Shown: in pieces, positions 56,352 to 64,000 of the stretch
Layout of the letters: each line of letters opens with the position of its first letter
How positions within the stretch are numbered: the first letter of the stretch is position 1
From: Polyangiales bacterium
GTDB lineage: Bacteria; Myxococcota_A; Polyangia; Polyangiales; Polyangiaceae
Length of the DNA: 64,000 nucleotides
Assembly (NCBI GenBank): GCA_038231275.1
Contig: JBBRLQ010000001.1
Span: 352,001-416,000, forward strand
Direction: 5' to 3'
The notes under the pieces: model-generated
What the model saw: only the letters and a program-made list of their open reading frames with translations
Told to the model about the DNA's origin: nothing
Database searches by the model: none
Made by a program: the position numbers and the translations under genes

Positions 56352-57881
56352 ATGACTCAGCCTCTCTCCAGCATGTACGCGTACCCGAAGGCGGGAGAGG
56401 TCCTCGACGGGAAGTACCTGGTCGACAAGATGCTCGGCGAAGGGGGCATGGGCGCCGTGGCGCTGGCGACCCACCAGCTCCGCAAGGCGCGCGTCGCGCT
56501 CAAGTTCATGAACCCCATGTATTTGGCGGTTCCCGGGGCGGTCGAGCGATTCCACAACGAGGGGGTCGCGGCGTCGCAGATCTCGAGCGATCACTGCGTC
56601 CAGATCTTCGACGTCGGCGCGCTGCCGAGCGGCGCGCCGTACCTCGTCATGGAGTACCTCCAGGGCGTCGATCTCTCGGAGCTGCTCCAGCGCGACGGGC
56701 GGCCGGGCCTGCCGACCGAGCGCGCGATCCATTTCGTGCTCCAGGCCCTTCGCGGCCTCCAGGCGGCGCACGCGAAGGGGATCATCCACCGCGACATGAA
56801 GCCGTCGAACTGCTTCGTCATCACGAAGGACGGAGAGGACGACTTCGTGAAGCTGCTCGACTTTGGCATCAGCAAGGTGCGTCAGCCGGGCGAGCAGGCG
56901 CTCACGCAGACCAACTCCGCGCTCGGGACGCCGCTCTACATGTCGCCCGAGCAGGCGAAGAGCCCGCGTGACGTCGACGCGCGCAGCGACATCTATTCGG
57001 TCGGCGTCATCCTGTACGAGCTGCTCACGGGGCGAACGCCGTTCTTCTCGGAGAGCGGCGAGTTCACGGAGATCCTCTACAAGCTCTTCACGAGCGAGCC
57101 GCCGCACATCTCGACCGCGCGGCCCGATCTTCCGTCGGGGCTCGCGGCGACCGTGCACAAGGCGCTCGCGCGCGATCAGAATTGCCGCTTCGTCGACGTG
57201 GTCGAGTTCGCCGAGTCGCTCGCGCCGTTCGCGGGCGCGCACAGTCAGCACTTCGTGCAGCGCATGCGCGGGCTGCCGCCGGGGTCGCGCGTCATCCCCA
57301 ACCAGGGCAGCATGGGCTCGCAGCAGAAGATTTCGCTGCGCCCTCCGCCGCAGTCGGCGTATCCCCCTGGCGCGAGCGACACGGGCGCCAGCGCGGCGGA
57401 GGTGCTCGCGGCGACGATGGGCGCGATGCCGACGGGCAGCGGCGCCGACGTCATGATCCCGAGGGCGCCGCCGATGCCGGGCACGCGCACCGATCTCGGC
57501 GCGACGCGCGACAACACGGCGGGCGGCCTGGGCGCGAAAAAAATTGGGCCGGGTGCGATCGTCTTCGTGGTGGCGCTCCTCGCCATCGCGATCGGCGGCG
57601 TCGGCGTCTTCGTCATCGCTGGCGGCAAGCGGATCACGGGCACGCGTCCGACGGCGACCAGCTCGGTCACCGCCGACCCGCCGCGCGTCGACCCGCCGGT
57701 GCTCCCGTCGACGCCGCTGGTCGTCGCGCCTGCGATACCCAGCGTGCCGACGAGCACGACGCCAAGCGCGACGACGAGCGCGAGCGCGCCGACGGTGACG
57801 CCGAACAAGCCTCCCCCGCCGAACAATCCGCCGCCGCAGAAGCCGTGCGACGCCCTGCACCCCTGCATCCGAACCAATTGA
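56352..57881 (+). CDS. Membrane Ser/Thr protein kinase
   Basis: LGEGGMGAV, VALK, HRDMKPSN, DFGISK, GTPLYMSPEQ, TM, Pro/Thr linker, terminal CDALHPC. Confidence 0.95.
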   Translation: MTQPLSSMYAYPKAGEVLDGKYLVDKMLGEGGMGAVALATHQLRKARVALKFMNPMYLAVPGAVERFHNEGVAASQISSDHCVQIFDVGALPSGAPYLVMEYLQGVDLSELLQRDGRPGLPTERAIHFVLQALRGLQAAHAKGIIHRDMKPSNCFVITKDGEDDFVKLLDFGISKVRQPGEQALTQTNSALGTPLYMSPEQAKSPRDVDARSDIYSVGVILYELLTGRTPFFSESGEFTEILYKLFTSEPPHISTARPDLPSGLAATVHKALARDQNCRFVDVVEFAESLAPFAGAHSQHFVQRMRGLPPGSRVIPNQGSMGSQQKISLRPPPQSAYPPGASDTGASAAEVLAATMGAMPTGSGADVMIPRAPPMPGTRTDLGATRDNTAGGLGAKKIGPGAIVFVVALLAIAIGGVGVFVIAGGKRITGTRPTATSSVTADPPRVDPPVLPSTPLVVAPAIPSVPTSTTPSATTSASAPTVTPNKPPPPNNPPPQKPCDALHPCIRTN

Positions 57882-57886
57882 GACCC

Positions 57887-59074
57887 ATGAACCGAACGCT
57901 TCGACTCTTCGCCACCGCGAGCTTGCTGGTCTTGCTTGTTTCGCTGGTGAGCTCCCTCGCCGCGGCGCAGCCCAAGAAGAAGTCCATTCGGGACGAGCTG
58001 CCGCCGGCCGCGCAGGTGCTCTGGGACGACGCGATTCGCCTGATGACGGGCGGGACGCCAGAGTGGGACAAGGCCGCGGCCAAATTCCAAGAGACGTATG
58101 AGGCCTCGAAAAACCCGCGCGTCCTCTTCAACGTCGGCGTCTGTGAGCGCAACCTCCAGCACTACGCGCGCGCGATCGCGAAGTTCCGGCAGGAGCTCGC
58201 CGAAGGCGCGGGCAAGCTGTCCCCTCAAGACAAGAGCGAGATCACGGCCACGATCGACGCGCTCCAGCGCTACGTGTCGACGATCGAGGTGACGTCGAGC
58301 GAGGTCGACGCGACCGTGTTCGTCGACGATCAGAAGGTGGGCCAGACGCCCATCGCGCCGATCCCCGCCGACATCGGCGCGAACCACGCCGTTCGCGTCG
58401 AGAAGGAGGGATTCTTCCCCTTCGAGAAGCGCGACGTGCAGCTCTCGTCGAGCGGCCCCGCGAAGGTGACCGCCGAGCTCGATCCCAAGGTGAAGCGCGC
58501 GGAGGTGGAGGTCGTGGTGACCGGTGCGAGCGGCTCGGCGATCTTCATCGACGGCATCGATCGCGGCCCCGCGCCCTTCAAGGGTCTCATCGAGGCAGGC
58601 CCTCACACCTTCGAGGCACGCCTCTCCGGGTTCGATCCGGCGGCGCGACGCGAGGAGGTCATCTACAAGCAGAAGCTCAAGCTCGATCTGTCGCTCGTGC
58701 GCTCGGTCACCAGCGGCCGCATCCGCGCCGAGTCGGTCGACGGCGCGACGATCGAGCTCGACGGCAAGGTCGTCGGCACCACGTTCTGGGAGGGCACGGT
58801 CGAGATGGGCACGCACACGCTGTCGGCCCGCAAGGACGGCTACAACGAAGGCAAAATCGAGGTCTACCTCGCCAAAGGTGAGACGATCAGCCGCCGCATC
58901 CCGCTCACCACCGAGAAGAAGAACGAGTGGGTCTTCTGGACGGTCGGCACTGTCATCGTCGTCGCCGGCGTGGCCACCATCGCCGGGTTCGTCTTCGCTC
59001 CGAAGGATCAATCGCCGGTCGTCGGCACCTTCGATCCGGGTCTCGTCAAGGCAGGTCACGGCATTCGCTTCTGA
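57887..59074 (+). CDS. TPR-PEGA domain protein with C-terminal hydrophobic anchor
   Basis: Signal peptide, TPR-like VLFNVGVCERNL, three PEGA repeats (VFVDD..VGQTP, IFIDGIDRG, IELDGKVVG), TM and terminal F. Confidence 0.88.
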   Translation: MNRTLRLFATASLLVLLVSLVSSLAAAQPKKKSIRDELPPAAQVLWDDAIRLMTGGTPEWDKAAAKFQETYEASKNPRVLFNVGVCERNLQHYARAIAKFRQELAEGAGKLSPQDKSEITATIDALQRYVSTIEVTSSEVDATVFVDDQKVGQTPIAPIPADIGANHAVRVEKEGFFPFEKRDVQLSSSGPAKVTAELDPKVKRAEVEVVVTGASGSAIFIDGIDRGPAPFKGLIEAGPHTFEARLSGFDPAARREEVIYKQKLKLDLSLVRSVTSGRIRAESVDGATIELDGKVVGTTFWEGTVEMGTHTLSARKDGYNEGKIEVYLAKGETISRRIPLTTEKKNEWVFWTVGTVIVVAGVATIAGFVFAPKDQSPVVGTFDPGLVKAGHGIRF

Positions 59075-59142
59075 TTCGATTTCCGATCATCCAAGTTGGG
59101 CCACATGACGTTCGTGAGCCGCTTACCCCAGGAGAGTTGACG

Positions 59143-61260
59143 ATGCGCTTCATCAAAACGACCCGGACCTTGATCGCACTGAGCCTCGTGGCGGGGACCG
59201 TCACGATGTGGAGCGGGTGCTCTCCCAAGAAGCAGACCGAGCTCGTCCCCGGCGTGTCGACGCAGGTGCGCGTCCCGAAGGAGATGAAGACGGTCCGCCT
59301 CGACGTGACGGTGAACGGGCAGCCGCAGTTCTGCGGGATTTACGACGTCCGCAACGGCACGGTGCGCTTGCCGAGGACGCTCGGGCTCCAGTCGCAGGGC
59401 AAGGGGGGGCCGGTCAAGGTCACGGTCACTGGATATCTCTTCGCGCAAGACGACAAGGACGCGCCGGCCGATCTCGCCAACTGCGATCTGCTCCCGAGCG
59501 TGAGCGCGAAGCTGGATTGGGATCGAAAGCACCCCGACCTCGGCTTCGCGCGCGTGCTCCGGTCGTCGCGGCAGCCCTACGTGGACAACCGCATCTTGTT
59601 CGTCCCGATGCCGCTGCGCTTCTCGTGCTTCGAGGTGCCGTGCCCCGACGAACAAACGTGCAAAGCCGGCAAATGCGTGCCGAACGACACCGATCCGAAC
59701 ACGCTCGTCGATTACAACGACAACCTGATCCTCGGCAACTCGGGCACATGCTTCAGCCCGGCGCTCTGCATGCCCGACGCGGTGCTGCCGCAGCTCGTCG
59801 ACGGCGCGACGTGCAAGTACGCCCTGTGGAAGAGCAAGGGCGCGCCCGATACGGGGAACGTGCCGTTCGTCACGACGGGCTCGGGGCTGAACGTGCGCGC
59901 GTACTACGACGACGGATCGGTCTCCGAGATCCTCGACTTCGACAAGGACGAGGGCTTCTTCATCCCCGATCCGGTGAACGCGCCGCAGACGCTGCAGCTC
60001 GCCGACGGCCTCTGTCATCCGGGTCCGGCCACCGCGCACAAGATCACCGGGCTCGTCGCGAGCGGTCTCTGCGCCCCGAAGACGCCGCTCCAGCCGCTGT
60101 GCGACGAGGAGTCTCCGTCTAACCCGCTGAGCGACGCGAGCACGTCGGGCTCGACCACCGGCGGCGACACGACGTGCGCGCCGATCGAGATCAAACCGGC
60201 CCCGAGCGCGCTCGTCGTCTTGATGGATGACACGCCGCAGATGCAGTCGTTCTTCGGCCAAGCGGCGGCCAAAAAGGTGCTCCAGCTGAGCCTCGGCGAT
60301 CCGGTCTTCGAGAAGACCGATCTCGTCTTTGCGTTCACGCCGAGCGCAAAGACGACGTGCTCGGCGGGATTCTCGCCCGAGCTCGACGGCAGCAAGACTG
60401 TGACCGCGTCGCAAGTCGACATCGCGTCGCTCATTGGCAGCAAGGATCCGACCAACCTGGCGCCTCCGCCGCGTGCACTCTCGGTGGCGCTCGACGGCGC
60501 CTACAAGAAGCTGATCGCGCTGTCGGCGGCGCGTGCCGTCGCGGGGACCGCGTACAACAAGATCGGGGTGCTCGTGCTCGGCGACGGGACGTTCGACGAC
60601 GACTGCGGGACCGGCATCGATTTCACGCACCTTCGCGACACGATCTACGGCGGCATCGCGACGTACGCAGTCCTCTTCGGCAAGCAGGATCAGACCGAGA
60701 ACCTCACGGGCCTCGCGAACGCGCAGACGCTCGGGAACGCGGGTTTCTTCAACGCCGACGCGTTCACGCCGCAGCCGAAGGACGACACCCGGCCGAACAA
60801 CGCCGCCGATGCTCTGTCGCGCGTCACGCAGGATCTGGCGAGCTGCGTGTACGACGCGCCCGACGCGCTCAAGGGCACCGGTTCGGTCACGTACCTGAAC
60901 CCGCTGCCGCCAGCGCACACAGTGGCGGTCGCGTTCAACGCCAACTGCAGCGGCGCCACGCAGACGACCGAGAAGGGGTGGAACCTCGAGACGGTCGCCA
61001 ACAGCAAGGCCGCGCGCGTGCGCGTGTGCGGAACCGACTGCACGAGCCTGCAGGACGTCCTCAAGACCACCGCGGCGCTGGCGCTCAACTCGAACCAGGC
61101 GCCGCCCGCCGTTCCGATCTACGTCCAGAGCTGCAGCTCGCAGACGGCGACGCCGAGCATCGACGGCGGCGCGCCCCCGAAGGACGCGAGCGCGGGCGAC
61201 AGCGCGCCGCCGCCCGACGCGGGAACCGACAGCGGTCCGGTCGACGCCAGCGGGGGCTGA
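59143..61260 (+). CDS. Cys-rich lipoprotein with C-terminal vWA-like domain
   Basis: WSGC lipobox, Cys-rich repeats, LVVLMDD, VLVLGDG, TYAVLFG, LASCVY. SD AGGAG. Confidence 0.75.
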   Translation: MRFIKTTRTLIALSLVAGTVTMWSGCSPKKQTELVPGVSTQVRVPKEMKTVRLDVTVNGQPQFCGIYDVRNGTVRLPRTLGLQSQGKGGPVKVTVTGYLFAQDDKDAPADLANCDLLPSVSAKLDWDRKHPDLGFARVLRSSRQPYVDNRILFVPMPLRFSCFEVPCPDEQTCKAGKCVPNDTDPNTLVDYNDNLILGNSGTCFSPALCMPDAVLPQLVDGATCKYALWKSKGAPDTGNVPFVTTGSGLNVRAYYDDGSVSEILDFDKDEGFFIPDPVNAPQTLQLADGLCHPGPATAHKITGLVASGLCAPKTPLQPLCDEESPSNPLSDASTSGSTTGGDTTCAPIEIKPAPSALVVLMDDTPQMQSFFGQAAAKKVLQLSLGDPVFEKTDLVFAFTPSAKTTCSAGFSPELDGSKTVTASQVDIASLIGSKDPTNLAPPPRALSVALDGAYKKLIALSAARAVAGTAYNKIGVLVLGDGTFDDDCGTGIDFTHLRDTIYGGIATYAVLFGKQDQTENLTGLANAQTLGNAGFFNADAFTPQPKDDTRPNNAADALSRVTQDLASCVYDAPDALKGTGSVTYLNPLPPAHTVAVAFNANCSGATQTTEKGWNLETVANSKAARVRVCGTDCTSLQDVLKTTAALALNSNQAPPAVPIYVQSCSSQTATPSIDGGAPPKDASAGDSAPPPDAGTDSGPVDASGG

Positions 61261-61296
61261 CCGCGGCTCGCTAGACCAAGCCGAGACGCCACCGCG

Positions 61297-63060
61297 TCAG
61301 GGACCGAACTGCGTCCCCAGGTACGGCCCGAGGAAGATCTGCGCGCCGCTCGTGATCTGGTAGGGCGGCGTCGTGATCGGTGCCGGCTGCTGGCCGTCCG
61401 CCGCCATGAAGCGGTGCAGATCGCCGGCGGCGCGCACGTCGGTGAAGCTCGAGCTCTCGAGCCACATGAGCATGCCGAGCGTGAGCGCGACGCTCCGTGA
61501 AAGGCGCAGTTGCACGGACGCGTCGGCGGTGATCGCCGGGGACGCGTACGATTGCCCACCGGGCGCGTAGACGTCCTGCAAGTTGCGCGCGTCGGTCGAC
61601 GTGGCGCGGCGCTCGCTCATGGCGGCATACTTGTACGAGATGCCGGGACCGAGCGCGAGCGACCCGCGGAGGCGCTTGCCCTCGATGTTCGCGCGCACGC
61701 GCACGGCGACCATGCCGCCGGTGCGGAGGAACGTGTACTGCTCGACGCGCGGAACGCCGCTGAGGAGCGGGTTCGATTGGGCGCTGGGGCCGCCATACCC
61801 CGCGTAGTTCGCCTTCGGCTTAGTCTGATCGAACTCGCCGCCGACCATGACCTCGAAGCCGATCGGATCGAAGGAGTAGCCGAGGTAGCCGAAGACGGCG
61901 CCGCCGATCGGCATCGGGGTCTCGCAGCTCGACGCGCCGAGATCGTTGCAGCGCGTCTCGATCTCGTTGCCGTTGCCGCCCGGCATTCCGAGGCCGGCGA
62001 AGGCGAAGCCGCCGTAGAGGCCGCGCCCGCTCGGCGATGAATCCTCGAGCACGTTGCCCGGCTTCGCGTCGCGGCTCTTCGTGAGGACGATCTCGACCTT
62101 CTCGCGGCCGCTCGGCTGGAGGTTGAGCTTCTTCTCGACGCGATCCCAGCCCTCTTTCGCGACGACGAGGAGGTGCTCGCCCGGCGCGACGTCACCGGAG
62201 AACGAGCCTTCGGCGAGCGGCTTGCCGTCGAAGAAGAGGATGGCGAGGTGATCGCCGGTCGTGATCTCGAGGTGCGTCGTCGACGCGACGGCAGCGAGCT
62301 CCACGGTGACGGCCTTGCCGCGCTCGACCTCGACGCGCTGGGGCGTCGACGCGCCCGCCGAGCTCCGGACGAGGACCTCGTGCGCGCCGGGATCGAGATC
62401 CCCTTCGTAGGGCGTGGGTCCGACGTCGAGCCCGTCGATGACGACGCGCATCGTCTTGTTGTCCTTCTCGCGGACGACGATGTGGCCGCGCGAGACCTCG
62501 CGCGTGAGGGAGGCGGTCACCGTCACCGTCTGGCCGTCGGTCGCGGAGACGGTCTGCTCGAACGTCGAGAATCCGGCCTTCACGACGCGTACTTTGTGCG
62601 AGCCTGCGGACACGTGGCGCGGAGGGAGTGGGGACGCGCCGATCGATTTGTCGTCGACGAAGATCTCGGCGCCGGCCTCGGCAACCGCGATCTGGATGAT
62701 GCCGGTGTGCGCGGCGAGCTCCTTGCGACGCGCTTCGGCCGCGACCTTCCTCGGGGGAGGCAGCGTGTCGCCGTAGCTGCGGAGGAGCTCGTCGTACGCC
62801 TCGAACGCCTCGGGCGGACGCTTCGCCTGGTAGAGCGCGTTCGCGAGGCCCTCGAGCGCCGCTGCCGCGTGCGCGAGCTCGAACGCCGCCTTGTACTCCT
62901 GCGCCGCCTTCTCCCAGTCCTTCGCCTTCGACGCCTTGTCCGCCGCATCCATGTGCGTCTTCACTTCTGCCGGCGCAGGCTGCGCGAAGGACGATCGGGG
63001 CACGGCGGCGGACGCGAGGGCGAGGGCCATCGCGAGGGCGAGGGGACGAGATCGGAGCAT
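61297..63060 (-). CDS. TPR-PEGA domain protein with C-terminal beta-barrel-like region
   Basis: Signal peptide, TPR, three PEGA repeats, amphipathic C-terminal strands ending YLGTQFGP. Confidence 0.85.
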   Translation of the reverse strand: MLRSRPLALAMALALASAAVPRSSFAQPAPAEVKTHMDAADKASKAKDWEKAAQEYKAAFELAHAAAALEGLANALYQAKRPPEAFEAYDELLRSYGDTLPPPRKVAAEARRKELAAHTGIIQIAVAEAGAEIFVDDKSIGASPLPPRHVSAGSHKVRVVKAGFSTFEQTVSATDGQTVTVTASLTREVSRGHIVVREKDNKTMRVVIDGLDVGPTPYEGDLDPGAHEVLVRSSAGASTPQRVEVERGKAVTVELAAVASTTHLEITTGDHLAILFFDGKPLAEGSFSGDVAPGEHLLVVAKEGWDRVEKKLNLQPSGREKVEIVLTKSRDAKPGNVLEDSSPSGRGLYGGFAFAGLGMPGGNGNEIETRCNDLGASSCETPMPIGGAVFGYLGYSFDPIGFEVMVGGEFDQTKPKANYAGYGGPSAQSNPLLSGVPRVEQYTFLRTGGMVAVRVRANIEGKRLRGSLALGPGISYKYAAMSERRATSTDARNLQDVYAPGGQSYASPAITADASVQLRLSRSVALTLGMLMWLESSSFTDVRAAGDLHRFMAADGQQPAPITTPPYQITSGAQIFLGPYLGTQFGP

Positions 63061-63073
63061 GCCAGGGTCGAGG

Positions 63074-64000
63074 CTACTCGAACGCGGCCGGCGGATCGAG
63101 GTAGTCGACGAGCTCCCCCCGGAACGTTCGGAGGGTCGTTTTTCCGGGGGCGCGCGCGTGGACGTAGTCGGGGAGAAGGGGGACCTTGCCGCGGCCGCCA
63201 GGTGTGTCGCAAATCAGCTTCGGAAGGGCGATCCCCGTGAGGCGTCCCTGGAGCGAGGCCATGATCTCGACGCCGCGCGCGAGCGGCGTGCGGAGGTGCC
63301 CGGTGCCGCGGACCGGATCGGCCTGGAGCAAGTAGTACGGGCGTACACGCGCGCGGACCAGGCCTCGAAAGAGCGCTTCGAGCGTCGCCGCCGAGTCGTT
63401 GACGCCGGCGAGGAGCACCGTCTGGTTCATCACCGGAAAGCCGGCATCCGCGAGGCGTGCGCACGCGGCGAGCGAGGCCTTCGTGAGCTCCTTCGGGTGA
63501 TTGAAGTGCGTCATCACCCAGAGTGGATGGTACGGACGGAGCGCGCGCACGAGCTCGGCGGTGACCCGCATCGGCAACGTGACCGGCACCCGCGTCGCCA
63601 GGCGGATCGTCTCGACGTGCGCGATCGACCTCACGGCGGCGACGAGGCGCACGAGGCGGTCGGTCGCCATCGCCATCGGATCCCCGCCGCTGACGATCAC
63701 GTCGCGGATCTCCGGGTTCGTGCGCACGTATGCAAGGGCCGGCTCGAGCGCGGCCATCGACACCGCGCCGCCGCCGTCGCCGACGATGCGTGAACGCGTG
63801 CAGAAGCGGCAATACACGGCGCAGCGATCGGTCGCGAGGAGGAGGACGCGATCGGGGTACCGCTGGACCAAGTGCGGCGCGACCTCGTGCGCGACCTCGC
63901 CGAGCGGATCCTCCAAGTCTCCCGGGACCTCCTCTGCTTCGCGGGCGTCGGGGACGCACTGCTTGCGGATCGGGCACGCCGGATCGCGCGGATCGGCGAG
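63074..64000 (-). CDS. KamA/EpmB family radical SAM lysine 2,3-aminomutase (5' partial)
   Basis: RYPDRVLL, CAVYCRFCTR, SGGDP, THFNHPKE, NQTVLLAGVND, PGGRGKVP. Frame open to the window end. Confidence 0.93.
   Translation of the reverse strand, partial: LADPRDPACPIRKQCVPDAREAEEVPGDLEDPLGEVAHEVAPHLVQRYPDRVLLLATDRCAVYCRFCTRSRIVGDGGGAVSMAALEPALAYVRTNPEIRDVIVSGGDPMAMATDRLVRLVAAVRSIAHVETIRLATRVPVTLPMRVTAELVRALRPYHPLWVMTHFNHPKELTKASLAACARLADAGFPVMNQTVLLAGVNDSAATLEALFRGLVRARVRPYYLLQADPVRGTGHLRTPLARGVEIMASLQGRLTGIALPKLICDTPGGRGKVPLLPDYVHARAPGKTTLRTFRGELVDYLDPPAAFE

Overview
High-GC (about 70% by eye) bacterial chromosomal segment. The gene content (eukaryote-like Ser/Thr kinases, TPR-PEGA proteins, many Cys-rich lipoproteins with DAG/SG linkers, Bacillus-type SdhCAB) points to Myxococcota, probably Polyangiaceae/Labilithrix-like; this is an inference. 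It holds about 50 CDS and two tRNA-Ser genes (GCT, TGA). Housekeeping and central-metabolism genes are aceK, sdhCAB, osmC, tsaD, an acyl-CoA carboxylase beta subunit, an acyl-CoA dehydrogenase and a KamA-family radical SAM enzyme. Most notable: (1) an orphan PAAR-like(DUF4150)/Rhs/immunity cassette whose low-GC C-terminal toxin resembles CDI-type BECR tRNases, followed by a Zn-ribbon candidate immunity protein; (2) a Ser/Thr kinase, TPR-PEGA, vWA-lipoprotein, TPR-PEGA-barrel trans-envelope module; (3) a recurrent leaderless-gene architecture (TAnnnT 6-7 nt before the start, and two sigma54 promoters abutting ATGs); (4) two SdhC paralogues; (5) paired palindromic operators; (6) several small ORFs missing from the ORF track; (7) three reading-frame lesions (an in-frame amber, a kinase frameshift and a PAAR/Rhs split) that may be real or assembly errors. 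No CRISPR array, rRNA, integrase or transposase was seen. All family calls come from motif recognition without database searches.
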